This document shows positions 17,773-27,977 of a DNA stretch of 64,000 bases, piece after piece. Position numbers and translations under genes: made by a program. The notes under the pieces are model-generated. The model was not told the DNA's origin, searched no databases, and worked only from the letters and a program-made list of their open reading frames with translations. Numbering within the stretch: the first letter of the stretch is position 1; each line of letters begins with the position of its first letter. Source of the DNA: Microgenomates group bacterium (GTDB lineage: Bacteria; Patescibacteriota; Microgenomatia; PFEM01; JBNASD01); assembly GCA_049720225.1 (NCBI GenBank), contig JBNASD010000001.1:396815-460814 (forward strand), written 5' to 3'.

Positions 17773-18315
17773 TTAAATTTTTAACTTTTTAATTTTATCA
17801 CTTTTTTTATCAATTGACAATTTTAGTATTTCCTCAATTGTTTCAAAACTAAAGCCCCGCGAAGATAAAAAATTAAAAATCTTTCTTTTTAATTCTTCCC
17901 CTTTAAAACGAGAAAAAGATTCTTCTTTTTTTAATAGAGCTCTCCAAGCAAGTTCTTTCTCATCCAAAGAAGATAATACTTTATCGATTATTTTTTCTTC
18001 TATTCCTCTTTTTTTAAGTTCAAAAATTAATGCTTTTTTTCCTTTAGGACGAAATTCTCCTCGTTGCTCTACCCACCAAAAGGCGAATTGATAATCGTCA
18101 ATTAGTCCTTGTTTTTTTAATAAATAAATAATTGAATCAATCTTTAAAGAAGAAATCTTTTTTCTTCTAAGAAAGTCTTTAACTTCTTTTTCACTTCGAG
18201 GTCTAAAGGATAAAAAACGAAGGGTTTTTTCCAAAATATTATTCTTTAGCTTCACCAATTTCTTGTCCGGCAGAAATTTTTTCTTCTTTAACTTTTTTCC
18301 AAATTTTTTCTTCAA
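17773..18315 (-). CDS. recX: Regulatory protein RecX (true start probably near 18255)
   Basis: [38 protein letters not shown]; immediately downstream of recA. Confidence 0.92.
   Translation of the reverse strand: MKKKFGKKLKKKKFLPDKKLVKLKNNILEKTLRFLSFRPRSEKEVKDFLRRKKISSLKIDSIIYLLKKQGLIDDYQFAFWWVEQRGEFRPKGKKALIFELKKRGIEEKIIDKVLSSLDEKELAWRALLKKEESFSRFKGEELKRKIFNFLSSRGFSFETIEEILKLSIDKKSDKIKKLKI
17792..17820 (-). promoter_or_regulatory. rny promoter inside the recX 3' end
   Basis: TTGTCA-17-TAAAAT with extended -10 TG. Confidence 0.6.
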
Positions 18316-19273
18316 TTTCCGCCATCAACTTTCTATCTTTTTCTAAAAAAGCTTTAGCAGCTTCTCGGCCTTGTCCTAAAATTTGTTTTCCGTATTTATA
18401 AAAAGAGCCTGATTTTTCAATTACCCCCAAATCAATCCCTACATCTAAAATATTGCCGCTTTGGGAAATTCCTGAATCGTTCATAATATCAAATTCAGCT
18501 ACTCTAAAGGGAGGGGCCACTTTGTTTTTTACTACCCTTACCCGATGGCGTGAACCAATTACTTTCTCTCCTTCTTTAATTACATCGATTTTCCGAATAT
18601 CAAGACGAATTGAAGAATAAAATTTTAAAGCCAATCCACCAGGAGTTGTTTCTGGATTACCAAACATCACTCCAATTTTAAGACGAATCTGATTAGTAAA
18701 AATCGCCACTGCCCGAGATTTAGAAATTACCGCGGTTAATTTTCTTAATGCTTGAGACATCAATCTTGCCTGAATACCAATCATTGCATCTCCCATTTCT
18801 CCTTCAATCTCTGCTCGCGGCGTTAAAGCAGCTACTGAATCAATTGCCACTACATCTACTCCTCCCGAACGAACTAAAGTTTCTACAATCTCTAATGCTT
18901 GTTCACCAGTATCTGGTTGAGAAATTAAAAGTTCATCTAAATTCACGCCAATAATTTTTGCCCAAGTAGGATCTAAAGCATGCTCGGCATCAACCAACGC
19001 TGCCACTCCTCCCATTTTTTGCGCTTGGGCTAAAATACTTAAAACTAAAGAGGTTTTTCCTGACGACTCTGGGCCATAAATTTCCACAATTCTTCCCCGA
19101 GGTAAACCACCAACCCCTAAAGCGATATCTAAAGCAATTGAGCCGGTAGGAATGACATCAACTTTTCTTGCCGCTTCCCATTCTCCCAATCTCATTATTG
19201 CTCCCTTGCCATATTGTTTAATGATCTGATCAATAGCTGTTTTGACTGCTTGAAGCTTTTGATTATCTTTCAT
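18239..19273 (-). CDS. recA: Recombinase A
   Basis: [33 protein letters not shown]; the ATG at 19273 is preferred. Confidence 0.98.
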   Translation of the reverse strand: MKDNQKLQAVKTAIDQIIKQYGKGAIMRLGEWEAARKVDVIPTGSIALDIALGVGGLPRGRIVEIYGPESSGKTSLVLSILAQAQKMGGVAALVDAEHALDPTWAKIIGVNLDELLISQPDTGEQALEIVETLVRSGGVDVVAIDSVAALTPRAEIEGEMGDAMIGIQARLMSQALRKLTAVISKSRAVAIFTNQIRLKIGVMFGNPETTPGGLALKFYSSIRLDIRKIDVIKEGEKVIGSRHRVRVVKNKVAPPFRVAEFDIMNDSGISQSGNILDVGIDLGVIEKSGSFYKYGKQILGQGREAAKAFLEKDRKLMAEIEEKIWKKVKEEKISAGQEIGEAKE

Positions 19274-19319
19274 TAACTTTAATTTTGACAAACTTTTTGC
19301 TAAAATTCAATAAGGAAAT

Positions 19320-19394
19320 CGGGGTGTGGCGCAGTAGGATTAGCGCACACGCATGGGGTGCGTGGGGTCGCGGGTTCGAGTCCCGCCACCCCGA
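19320..19394 (+). tRNA. tRNA-Pro(GGG), CCA not encoded
   Basis: Acceptor CGGGGTG/CACCCCG; D stem GCGC/GCGC; anticodon stem CACGC/GCGTG with loop ATGGGGT; T arm GCGGG-TTCGAGT-CCCGC. Confidence 0.95.
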
Positions 19395-19456
19395 CTAAAA
19401 AATAATCCCATTTATTTTGCCTTTTACAGCTAGCAAATAAAAAAATAATATAAAAA

Positions 19457-19494
19457 CGCAGTAGGATTAGCGCACCCTGACTAAAAAAACTAAT
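19457..19494 (+). repeat. Partial duplicate of tRNA-Pro (D arm joined to 3' end and trailer)
   Basis: Exact 19-mer CGCAGTAGGATTAGCGCAC, followed by CCTGACTAAAAAAACTAAT, which resembles the tRNA end CCCGACTAAAAAATAAT. Confidence 0.85.
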
Positions 19495-19567
19495 TCCTTT
19501 TTTTAACAGGTAAGTAGTATTAGGAGATAATAGGCAAGAAGTTATCGAATCTTAAAAATTTAAAGTT

Positions 19568-19996
19568 TTAACGTTTTGGACTTTGTTTCTTCTTTCTTGC
19601 TTTACTCATTTGACCTGGTTTTCGCCGTTCTTTTGCCCGAGGATCGCGCGTTAAAAGACCTGCTTTTTTCAATGAAGAATGGTAAAGTTCCCGATTTTCC
19701 TTGTCTAAAGCGCGAGCTAAACCGTGGATAACCGCCCCTAATTGAGCAGACTTTCCTCCTCCTTCAACTTTAATAGTAGCATAATACTTTCCTTCGGTTT
19801 TAGTAACCACAAATGGTTTTAAATATAAAGCCTTATTTACTTCACCCGGAAAATACTGACTAATTGGCAAATCATTAACAATAATTTCTCCTTTTCCACG
19901 ATAAAGCCTTACGCGGGCAACTGCTTCTTTTCGCCGCCCAACGGCAAAAGTAAATTCTTTTTTAGTTGATTTTTTTTCTTCCTTTTTTCTCGCCAT
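19568..19996 (-). CDS. rpsI: 30S ribosomal protein S9
   Basis: GRRKEAVARV, LLTRDPR.KERRK, QSPKR. Confidence 0.97.
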   Translation of the reverse strand: MARKKEEKKSTKKEFTFAVGRRKEAVARVRLYRGKGEIIVNDLPISQYFPGEVNKALYLKPFVVTKTEGKYYATIKVEGGGKSAQLGAVIHGLARALDKENRELYHSSLKKAGLLTRDPRAKERRKPGQMSKARKKKQSPKR

Positions 19997-20010
19997 AATT
20001 TTTTTACATT

Positions 20011-20427
20011 TTATAATTTAAATTTATCTTGATAAGGATGATTTTCGTCAACAAAAACTTTTAAGCGGGCTAACCTTTTATCCCGAAGTTTATTTTTGGG
20101 CAACATTCCAGAAACGGCGTGAATAATTACTTTCCGTGGATCTTTTGTCATTTGTTCTTTTAAAGTAATTTTTTTGAGTCCGTCAGGATACCCAGAATAA
20201 CGAGTATAAACTTTTTGTTCTTCTTTTCTTCCGGTAACTTTTATTTTTTTCGCATTAATCACTACTACCCAATCTCCACAGTCTAGGTGAGGGACAAAGT
20301 ATGGCTTATGTTTACCAATCAAAAGTTGTGCTATCTGTGTGGCTAATCGACCTAAAATTTTTCCTTTAGCATCAATTAAATGCCATTCTCTTTTAATTTC
20401 TTTTTCTTTAACAGTGGGAGTTTTCAT
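20011..20427 (-). CDS. rplM: 50S ribosomal protein L13
   Basis: WHLIDAKGKILGRLA, GKHKP, GMLPKNKL. Confidence 0.97.
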   Translation of the reverse strand: MKTPTVKEKEIKREWHLIDAKGKILGRLATQIAQLLIGKHKPYFVPHLDCGDWVVVINAKKIKVTGRKEEQKVYTRYSGYPDGLKKITLKEQMTKDPRKVIIHAVSGMLPKNKLRDKRLARLKVFVDENHPYQDKFKL

Positions 20428-20822
20428 TTTTTGGGTTTTTCTTTTTTAGTAGTTGATTTAACCTGTTTTTCTCTCTTTTTTTCTTTTTCTTTCTTTTCTG
20501 GTTTTTCAATTAATTCTAACTTCACCAAGGGAGCATTATCTCCTTTTCTTTTGCCTAAACGTACTATTCTGGTATATCCACCTGCTCTTTCTTTAAAAAT
20601 AATTCCCAATTCATCAACAATTTTATTAACTAACTTTTTATCTTGAAGAAAAGCAAGAATTAAACGACGAGCAGAAACAGTTTGCTCTTTTCCTTTATTA
20701 ATCAATTTTTCAACAATTGGTTGAACCTTTTTCGCTTTTGCTAAAGTAGTTTTTATTTCACCGTGAGTAATTAAACTCTTAATTAAATTTTTAAATAGCA
20801 ATTTTCTTTTATTGGTATTCAT
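20424..20822 (-). CDS. rplQ: 50S ribosomal protein L17 (short N-terminus)
   Basis: IKTTLAKAK, GGYTRIVRLG.RKGDNA. Confidence 0.95.
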   Translation of the reverse strand: MNTNKRKLLFKNLIKSLITHGEIKTTLAKAKKVQPIVEKLINKGKEQTVSARRLILAFLQDKKLVNKIVDELGIIFKERAGGYTRIVRLGKRKGDNAPLVKLELIEKPEKKEKEKKREKQVKSTTKKEKPKK

Positions 20823-21751
20823 TTTTCTTTATTTAAAGATAGTCCTTTACCGGCTAACACTTTTTCGATTTCTTTAACCGATTTCTCTCCCAAATTTTTT
20901 ATTTTCAATAATTGCTCGGGGGTAGCTTTAACTAAATCTTTCACTTTCTTATATCCTGCTTTTTTTAAAGCGTTTACTACTTTTAAAGGTAAATCAAAAT
21001 CTTCTAAAGGTGTCTCTAGTAAAGAATCGTCTTTACTATTAGCTATTTGATTATTATCTTCTTCTTTATTAACGGGTTTTTTGGGTTTTACAATTTGATT
21101 AAAAAAAGATACTAAGATTTCTCCACTTTTCTTCAATGCCTCCGCTGGAGAAATAGTCCCATCGGTCAAAACTTCTAAAGTAAGTTTATCAAAATCAGTT
21201 TTTCTTCCAACACGAGTGGGCTCGACATGATAATTTACTTTTAAAACTGGACTAAAAATAGCATCCAGGGGAATTACTCCAATTCGATCACTGGTTCTTT
21301 CCTCTAATGAGAGATAACCAACTCCCTTTTCTACTAAAAGCTCTGCCTTAATTTTGCTTTTTTTATCTGCCAAATAACCTAAAACTAAGTCTTTATTAAC
21401 AACTTCAATCTCTGCTGGCGTTTTGATATCTCCTGCTTTTATTTCTCCCGGGCCACTTTTTTCTAAAGTTAATTTTAATGGTTTATCTCCTTTATATGAA
21501 AATCTTACTTTCTTTAAATTCAAAAGAAATTCTAAAATATCCTCTCTTAATCCTTCTAGGGTAGAAAAGCGGTGGCGAACACCACTAATTTTTACCTCTA
21601 CAATCGCTGTTCCGGGTAAAGAGGTAAGTAAAACTCTTCTTAAAGCACTTCCAAGAGTATATCCATATCCCTGTGGTAAAGGGGCAATTTCAAATAAAGA
21701 TAAATTTTTTTCTTTTTTAGTTTCTTGAATAGTAAAATTAGGTTCGATCAT
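20819..21751 (-). CDS. rpoA: RNA polymerase alpha subunit
   Basis: GYGYTLGSALRRVLL, DAIFSPV, alpha-CTD NLGEKS. Confidence 0.97.
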   Translation of the reverse strand: MIEPNFTIQETKKEKNLSLFEIAPLPQGYGYTLGSALRRVLLTSLPGTAIVEVKISGVRHRFSTLEGLREDILEFLLNLKKVRFSYKGDKPLKLTLEKSGPGEIKAGDIKTPAEIEVVNKDLVLGYLADKKSKIKAELLVEKGVGYLSLEERTSDRIGVIPLDAIFSPVLKVNYHVEPTRVGRKTDFDKLTLEVLTDGTISPAEALKKSGEILVSFFNQIVKPKKPVNKEEDNNQIANSKDDSLLETPLEDFDLPLKVVNALKKAGYKKVKDLVKATPEQLLKIKNLGEKSVKEIEKVLAGKGLSLNKEK

Positions 21752-21775
21752 TTTTTTCCTCCTTTTTTTAAAATC

Positions 21776-22402
21776 TTAACGAGAATAAAATTCAACAATT
21801 AAACTTTCATCTATTTCTGATTCAATTTCCTCGCGGGAGGGTAATCGCTCTATTTTACCAACAGTTGCTTTTCTTTTCAACCATTCGGGAATTTTTCTTT
21901 CTTTTTCTTCTAAGGCTTTCTTAACAATTTCTATTTTTAACGCCTGTGGTCTCAAACTAATTACATCACCAACTTTAACTTCATAGGAAGGAATATCAAC
22001 TTTTTTATTGTTTACCAAAATATGCCCATGACTTACCAATTGCCTAGCTACAGATCGGGAAGGAGCAAAACCTAACCGATAAACTACATTATCTAATCTT
22101 CTTTCTAAAGTTTGGAGTAAAAGAAGACCTGTTTCTTTTCCTTTTGCTTTCAAAGATTTTTCAAAGTAACGTCGAAATTGTTCTTCGGAAACTTGATAAA
22201 GACGCTTAAGTTTTTGTTTTTCCTTAAGCTGTCTGCCATAATCGCTAGTAGTGGTTTTTCTTTTCGGTCCGTGTTGCCCTGGAGGCACCGCTCCTTTCCT
22301 TTCAATTGGACAGGAAGAAGAATAACAACGGTCTCCCTTTAAAAATAATTTCATTCCTGAGGAACGACATAATCGACATTTTGGACCTAAATATCTTCCC
22401 AT
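21776..22402 (-). CDS. rpsD: 30S ribosomal protein S4
   Basis: MGRYLGPKCRLCR, LERRLDNVVYRLG, IVEFYSR. Confidence 0.97.
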   Translation of the reverse strand: MGRYLGPKCRLCRSSGMKLFLKGDRCYSSSCPIERKGAVPPGQHGPKRKTTTSDYGRQLKEKQKLKRLYQVSEEQFRRYFEKSLKAKGKETGLLLLQTLERRLDNVVYRLGFAPSRSVARQLVSHGHILVNNKKVDIPSYEVKVGDVISLRPQALKIEIVKKALEEKERKIPEWLKRKATVGKIERLPSREEIESEIDESLIVEFYSR

Positions 22403-22404
22403 TT

Positions 22405-22746
22405 TTATACCCTCCTCCTTTTCTTTGGTCGAGGACCATTATGAGGAATTGGCGTTATATCGGCAATTAAATCAATTTTTAATCCTTCTGCTTTTAAAAC
22501 TCGCAAAACCGCATCCCTTCCCGGACCTGGACCCTTAATATAAACTTCCACTTCATCCACTCCCAATGCTTTTGCTTTTTTCACCACTGCTTCAATTGCA
22601 GTAGTGGCAGCAAAGGGAGTTGCCTTTCTGGCGCCCTTGAAACCTACCGTTCCAGTAGAACCCCAACACAAAGTGTTTCCTTTTAAATCAGTAAAGGTAA
22701 CTAAAGTATTATTAAAAGTGGCTTTGACGTAAATTTTAGCTTTCAT
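22405..22746 (-). CDS. rpsK: 30S ribosomal protein S11
   Basis: TFNNT, GFKGARKATPFAA, TPIPHNG. Confidence 0.97.
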   Translation of the reverse strand: MKAKIYVKATFNNTLVTFTDLKGNTLCWGSTGTVGFKGARKATPFAATTAIEAVVKKAKALGVDEVEVYIKGPGPGRDAVLRVLKAEGLKIDLIADITPIPHNGPRPKKRRRV

Positions 22747-23155
22747 TCTTTCCCTCTTTCTTTGCTTGGGCTTCTAAACGAGCCAAGTCTTTTTTCTTTA
22801 ATGCTCCAACGGTTTTTCTTTTTCCTCTTTTGGTCCGTGCATTAGAACGAGTCCGTTGTCCTCTTACCGGCAAATTTCTAATATGACGTACTCCCCGATA
22901 GCAATGAATACTTTTCAACCTTTCGATATCCTGAGTGACCATTCCGCGCAAAGTTCCTTCTACAGGAATTTTTTCAATTGCTTTTTGCAATCGAGAAATT
23001 TCTTCTGCCGTTAATTCTTTTACTCGCTTAGAGGGAGAAATTTCCACTTCTTTCAAAATTTTCCAGGCGGTTTTTTTGCCAATACCATAAATATCGGTTA
23101 AACCGATATCAATTCTTTTTTCCTCTTTAATATCAACACCAACAATTCTTACCAT
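22736..23155 (-). CDS. rpsM: 30S ribosomal protein S13
   Basis: IYGIG, YRGVRH..LPVRGQRTRSNART. Confidence 0.97.
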   Translation of the reverse strand: MVRIVGVDIKEEKRIDIGLTDIYGIGKKTAWKILKEVEISPSKRVKELTAEEISRLQKAIEKIPVEGTLRGMVTQDIERLKSIHCYRGVRHIRNLPVRGQRTRSNARTKRGKRKTVGALKKKDLARLEAQAKKEGKNES

Positions 23156-23157
23156 TT

Positions 23158-23271
23158 TTATCCTTGCCTTTGTTTATGTTTTGGATTTTTACAAATAACA
23201 TAAAGCCGGCCGCGCCGGCGAACAATTTTACAAGTTTGGCATAATTTTTTAATACTGGAAATTACTTTCAT
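23158..23271 (-). CDS. rpmJ: 50S ribosomal protein L36 (37 aa, not in ORF track)
   Basis: Manual translation [37 protein letters not shown]. Confidence 0.96.
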   Translation of the reverse strand: MKVISSIKKLCQTCKIVRRRGRLYVICKNPKHKQRQG

Positions 23272-23489
23272 TCTAATCGATAAATAATTCTCCCTCTTTT
23301 ATCATCATAGGGAGTTAACTCTACTTTTACCCTATCTCCAGGCATAATCTTTATCCGATAAAGCCTCATCTTTCCTGCTAAATGACAAAGGATTATTCGG
23401 CCATCTTCTAATTCTACTCGAAAAAGAGTATTAGGAAGAGCTTCTTTTACCCTTCCTTCCACTTCGATCTTTTTTTCTTGCTTTACCAT
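23268..23489 (-). CDS. infA: Translation initiation factor IF-1
   Basis: [26 protein letters not shown]; TTGAAA-17-TAAAAT promoter at 23532-23504. Confidence 0.97.
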   Translation of the reverse strand: MVKQEKKIEVEGRVKEALPNTLFRVELEDGRIILCHLAGKMRLYRIKIMPGDRVKVELTPYDDKRGRIIYRLE

Positions 23490-23506
23490 TGAAAAACTTT
23501 ACAATT

Positions 23507-24295
23507 TTAACAAACTTCTAACTTAGTTTCAAGGGGAGTAAGAATTAATGGTCCTTTTTTAGTTACCAAAACCGTATCTTCAAAAACGGCTGATAGTTTA
23601 CCATCTTTTGTCTTTAATGTCCAACCATCTTTATCTAAAACTAAATCCGGCTTTCCTTGAGAATAAATTACTTCAATAGCTAAACTCATTCCTTCCTTAA
23701 TTAAAGGCGTGTTTTCAATTTTTCCTTTTAAAAAACAGGGAATCATTGGTTCTTGATGAAGTTCTTCACCAACGCCATGACCAGTAAGAATAAGGGAAGG
23801 ATTATACCCCGCTTTTTTAATTTCTTTTTCAATTATTAAAGAAATATTACCAATCCGATAACCCGGTTGAGCAAAACTAATTGCTTTTTTTAAAGCTTTT
23901 TTTCCTACCTTTAAAAAATTCAAAATTTCTTCTCTATCTTTTTGATTTTCACCCTTCACCCAAACTGTCCTTGCCATGTCAGTATGAAATCCTTGATAAT
24001 AAAATCCCATATCTAAGGTCACTAAATCGCCCTTTTTAATTTGATAACTATTAGGAACACCATGAACAATTCCCTCATTAACATTAATACAGGTACTCCA
24101 AAAATAATTTTTTACTGTTTTAAAAGAAGGACAACCTTTTTCTTTTTTAATTAAATCCTCTGCTAATTGATCTAAAAAAGAAAGAGAAACACCAGGACGA
24201 ATATAAGAAAAAACCTGCCAAAAAATTTTAGCTAATTTTTTTCCTCCAATTTTTAAGGCTTTTTGTTGATGTTCTTTTTTATAAAGAGGAATCAT
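23507..24295 (-). CDS. map: Type I methionine aminopeptidase
   Basis: CINVNEGIVHGVP, DMG..GFHTDMA, GHGVG..LHQEP, AIE, FEDT. Confidence 0.94.
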   Translation of the reverse strand: MIPLYKKEHQQKALKIGGKKLAKIFWQVFSYIRPGVSLSFLDQLAEDLIKKEKGCPSFKTVKNYFWSTCINVNEGIVHGVPNSYQIKKGDLVTLDMGFYYQGFHTDMARTVWVKGENQKDREEILNFLKVGKKALKKAISFAQPGYRIGNISLIIEKEIKKAGYNPSLILTGHGVGEELHQEPMIPCFLKGKIENTPLIKEGMSLAIEVIYSQGKPDLVLDKDGWTLKTKDGKLSAVFEDTVLVTKKGPLILTPLETKLEVC

Positions 24296-24936
24296 TAAAG
24301 ATTTGCCAAAATTTCTTGATAAATTTCTTTAATTTTTCTTTCACCGTTAATTCTTACCAAAATCTTATTTTTTTCTGCCTCATTAATTAGAGGTTGGGTT
24401 TCTTTTTTATAAATTTTTAAACGATTTTTAATTAATTTTGGTGTATCATCTGGACGAGAAATTAATTTAACTTGACATTGATCGCAAATTTCGTCATTTT
24501 TCGGAGGACGAGTAGCCAAGTTATATTCTAAACCACATTTTGAACAAATTCTTCTTTGAGAAAGACGAAAAATAATTGTTTTATCGCTTACCTCTAAAAG
24601 AAAAACCTTATCAATTTTTAATCCCTTTTCCTTTAAAAATTCTTGCAAAATTTGATATTGAGAAAGGTTTCGAGGAAAACCGTCAAAAATAATTCCCTTC
24701 TTTAGATTCTTTTTTTGAAAAAAATCTTTTAATACCATTTTCATTATTGAATCAGGCACTAACACTCCTTTTTTATTTATTAACTCATCAATTTTTTTTC
24801 CTAACTTATTTTCCTCTTTTGCTTTTTCCCTTAAAATTCTTCCGGCTTCAAAATAAATTAAATTTAATTTTTGGTGTAAAAGTTTTGCTTGAGTGCCTTT
24901 ACCACTTCCTGGTGGACCCAAAAGAATAAGAATCAT
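24295..24936 (-). CDS. adk: Adenylate kinase (Zn-binding LID)
   Basis: GPPGSGKGTQA, DGFPRN, CSKC..CDQC. Confidence 0.95.
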   Translation of the reverse strand: MILILLGPPGSGKGTQAKLLHQKLNLIYFEAGRILREKAKEENKLGKKIDELINKKGVLVPDSIMKMVLKDFFQKKNLKKGIIFDGFPRNLSQYQILQEFLKEKGLKIDKVFLLEVSDKTIIFRLSQRRICSKCGLEYNLATRPPKNDEICDQCQVKLISRPDDTPKLIKNRLKIYKKETQPLINEAEKNKILVRINGERKIKEIYQEILANL

Positions 24937-26219
24937 TTTAGGAAAGAATCGTAACTACGCATAACTAACATTGCCTCTAATTGTTTAACTGTTTCTAAAA
25001 CTACCGAAACAATAATTAAAATTCCTGTTCCCCCAATTGACATGGTCGTTATTCCCGTCATTCGTTGAAGCAAAGAAGGAAAAATAGCAATTAATCCTAA
25101 AAATGTCGCCCCGGCAAAAGTAATTCTTTTTAAAATTCTTTCTAGATATTCCGCAGTTGGTTTTCCTGGTCTTACTCCCGGGATAAAACCGCCATATTTT
25201 TTAAGCTCATCGGCAATTTTTACCGGATCGAAAATAATAGCAGTATAAAAATAGGTAAAACCAAAAACCAAAAGAAAATAAGTTAAATTATAAATTATTC
25301 CGTTAGGATCAAAAACTTTTACTAACATTTGGGAAATACTTTTAACTAACTGATTATCTATCCCTTGAAGAAAATTTCCCAACATTGAAGGTAATAATAC
25401 TAAAGAAACGGCAAAAATAATGGGAATCACTCCTGCTTGATTTATTTTCAAAGGTAAGTAAGTAGTTTGTCCGCCATAAACTCTTCCTCCTTTAATCCGA
25501 CGCGCATATTGAATTCTTATTTTTCGCGAAGCTTCATTAATAAAAACTACCCCTCCAATTACTCCCACACTCATCAAACCAAAAAATAAAAGATTAAAAA
25601 AGTTTTCCCCTCCCGAAACCGAAAGAGTTTGAATTAAAGAAATAGGTAAGCGAGCAACAATTCCTCCAAAAATAATCATCGAAATTCCGTTACCAATTCC
25701 TTTCTCAGAAATTAACTCTCCCAACCACATCAAAAAAACCGTCCCCGCGGTCATTGCAAAGACAATACTAGTCAATACTAAAGGAGTAACCGAGGTAATA
25801 ATTCCTTGATTTTTAAGCAGAATATACATTCCCAATGATTGCATCATTGCCAAAGGAACCGTTACTAAACGAATATACTGATTAATTTTCTTTCTTCCAT
25901 ACTCTCCTTCTTTAGAAAGAGCTTCTAAGGAAGGAATAACAATGGTTAATAACTGAAAAATAATGGAAGCATTAATATAAGGAACTAATCCCAAAGCCAT
26001 CACAGAAAAGTTAGCCAGTGTCCCACCAGAAAAAATATCCAATAGTCCTAAAAGTTGACTTTGAGCAAATAATCTTTTTAAGGCAGTAGTATCTATTCCG
26101 GGAATAGGAACGTGAGCGGTAAAACGAAAAATAATAAAAATAAAAGCGGTAAAAAGAATTCTCCGACGTAAATCAGGAGTCCGCCACGCATTTAAAAAGG
26201 TATTTAAAATTTTATTCAT
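24933..26219 (-). CDS. secY: Preprotein translocase SecY
   Basis: PYINASII, GIGNGIS, AGVIPIIFA, FIPGVRPG. Confidence 0.98.
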   Translation of the reverse strand: MNKILNTFLNAWRTPDLRRRILFTAFIFIIFRFTAHVPIPGIDTTALKRLFAQSQLLGLLDIFSGGTLANFSVMALGLVPYINASIIFQLLTIVIPSLEALSKEGEYGRKKINQYIRLVTVPLAMMQSLGMYILLKNQGIITSVTPLVLTSIVFAMTAGTVFLMWLGELISEKGIGNGISMIIFGGIVARLPISLIQTLSVSGGENFFNLLFFGLMSVGVIGGVVFINEASRKIRIQYARRIKGGRVYGGQTTYLPLKINQAGVIPIIFAVSLVLLPSMLGNFLQGIDNQLVKSISQMLVKVFDPNGIIYNLTYFLLVFGFTYFYTAIIFDPVKIADELKKYGGFIPGVRPGKPTAEYLERILKRITFAGATFLGLIAIFPSLLQRMTGITTMSIGGTGILIIVSVVLETVKQLEAMLVMRSYDSFLK

Positions 26220-26673
26220 TTTTTCCTAAAATTATTTCCCCTTTTGCCTTCTTAATCTTCTCCGCCGCTTTTTTAGAACAAGGTAAAGCCACCTTTAAAG
26301 CAACCTTTAACTCTCCATCGCCTAAAATTTTCACCGGATACTTTTCCGCTTCATTTTTTTTGATAATTCCTTTTTTTACTAAACTTTTAATATCCACTGT
26401 TTCCCCTTCTTTAAAAAGGTTAAGATATTTTAAATTAACAACAATTGGTTTTTTTTCTTTTGGCTTCAATTTTCCTTTTCCCCGTTGAAGAGGAAGGCGT
26501 CGCAACAAAGATTTCTTTGTTTTGGTTCCGGCAAAAGTTAAAGAAACTTTTTCTCTTACTTTTTGTCCTTTGTTTCCTCGACCAGTGGTATGACCACCCT
26601 TTCCAGAACCATAACCTCGACCAACGCGTTTTTTTTCTTTGGTTTTAATTTTTGAAAGCTGATTAAGTTGCAT
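26212..26673 (-). CDS. rplO: 50S ribosomal protein L15
   Basis: RVGRGYGSGKG, GRGNKGQ, KILGDG. Confidence 0.96.
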   Translation of the reverse strand: MQLNQLSKIKTKEKKRVGRGYGSGKGGHTTGRGNKGQKVREKVSLTFAGTKTKKSLLRRLPLQRGKGKLKPKEKKPIVVNLKYLNLFKEGETVDIKSLVKKGIIKKNEAEKYPVKILGDGELKVALKVALPCSKKAAEKIKKAKGEIILGKNE

Positions 26674-27118
26674 TTTTTACCTCCCTTGGTTTTAACTTTT
26701 TTAACGCCTCAAAAGTGGCATAAATATTAGTTATTTTATTCCGACTTCCTAAAATCTTTCCTACTACATCAGCAATTCCTGCCGACTCTACTACCGCTCT
26801 AATTGATCCTCCCGCAATAATTCCTGTTCCCACAGGAGCTGGTTTTAAAAGAACCTCCGCTGCTCCCTTTTTTGCTTTTACCGCATGAGGAATAGTTCTT
26901 TCCTTAATTGGAACAGTAATAAAATTCTTTTTAGCTTTAGAAATTGCTTTTTTAATCGCACTTCTTACATCCAACGCTTTACCTAAACCAACTCCAACTT
27001 GACCCTTTTTATCACCAACCACCACTAACGCCGAAAAGGAAATTTTATTTCCTCCTTTAGTTTTTTTCGCTACCCTTCTTATTTCAATAATTTTTTCTTG
27101 AAATTCTTTATTTTCCAT
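26663..27118 (-). CDS. rpsE: 30S ribosomal protein S5
   Basis: RVAKKTKGG, ALVVVGD, PAPVGTGIIAGG. Confidence 0.97.
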   Translation of the reverse strand: MENKEFQEKIIEIRRVAKKTKGGNKISFSALVVVGDKKGQVGVGLGKALDVRSAIKKAISKAKKNFITVPIKERTIPHAVKAKKGAAEVLLKPAPVGTGIIAGGSIRAVVESAGIADVVGKILGSRNKITNIYATFEALKKLKPREVKNAT

Positions 27119-27119
27119 T

Positions 27120-27416
27120 TTAGAAATTTAAACCTCCTTCTCTGGCACCTTCAGCTAAAGCTTTAACTCGGCCATGATATTTATATCTTCGCCGATCAAA
27201 AAATACCTTCTCAATTTTTTTTGCCAATGCCTTTTTTGCCAAAATTTTTCCCACTTCTCTTGCTTTTTGAGTTTTGGTTAGTTTTTTTCCCAATTTTTTT
27301 AAATCTGCCAAATCACTGGCAGCTACCAATGTTTCTCCTTTCTCGTCATCAATAATTTGGGCATAAATATATTTATTAGAACGGTGAACCGCTAAGCGAT
27401 ATCTTTTTTCTTTCAT
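27120..27416 (-). CDS. rplR: 50S ribosomal protein L18 (98 aa)
   Basis: [32 protein letters not shown]. Confidence 0.96.
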   Translation of the reverse strand: MKEKRYRLAVHRSNKYIYAQIIDDEKGETLVAASDLADLKKLGKKLTKTQKAREVGKILAKKALAKKIEKVFFDRRRYKYHGRVKALAEGAREGGLNF

Positions 27417-27973
27417 GCGCCTCCTCCTGCCGCACCGGCTTTACCGGCTTTTCCTGGCTTAAGTTTAACTTCTTCGCCCTCATATCTAATTCCTTTTCCT
27501 TTATAAGCATCGGGTGGTTTAATTGCTCTAATCTCGGCTGCTGTTTTTCCTACTAAAGCTTTATCAATTCCCATTACTTTAATGGTATCGTTTTTTTCTG
27601 TTTCAAAATTAATCCCTGGTGGTGGAGTTACTCTCACCGGATGAGAAAAACCTAAAGATAAAACTAAATCTTCCCCCTCTTTAATCACCCGATAACCGGT
27701 ACCAACAATTTTAAGAGTTTTAGTAAATCCTTGAGTTACTCCCTCCACAGCATTAGCGATTAAGCTTCTTATTGTTCCCCACAAACATTGAGCTTGACGA
27801 CTATTTTTAACCTTCTTAACTATTAATTTGTTTTCCTCTTTTTCTACTTTAATTTCTGGCCTGATTTTTATTGGCAATTCTCCTTTCGGTCCTTTCACTA
27901 AAACCTGACCGTTGGTAATTTCCACGGTTACTCCTTCAGGTATTAAGATTGGTTTTCTTCCGATTCGACTCAT
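27413..27973 (-). CDS. rplF: 50S ribosomal protein L6
   Basis: Starts MSRIGRKPI at ATG 27973; [14 protein letters not shown]. Confidence 0.97.
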   Translation of the reverse strand: MSRIGRKPILIPEGVTVEITNGQVLVKGPKGELPIKIRPEIKVEKEENKLIVKKVKNSRQAQCLWGTIRSLIANAVEGVTQGFTKTLKIVGTGYRVIKEGEDLVLSLGFSHPVRVTPPPGINFETEKNDTIKVMGIDKALVGKTAAEIRAIKPPDAYKGKGIRYEGEEVKLKPGKAGKAGAAGGGA

Positions 27974-27977
27974 TTTT

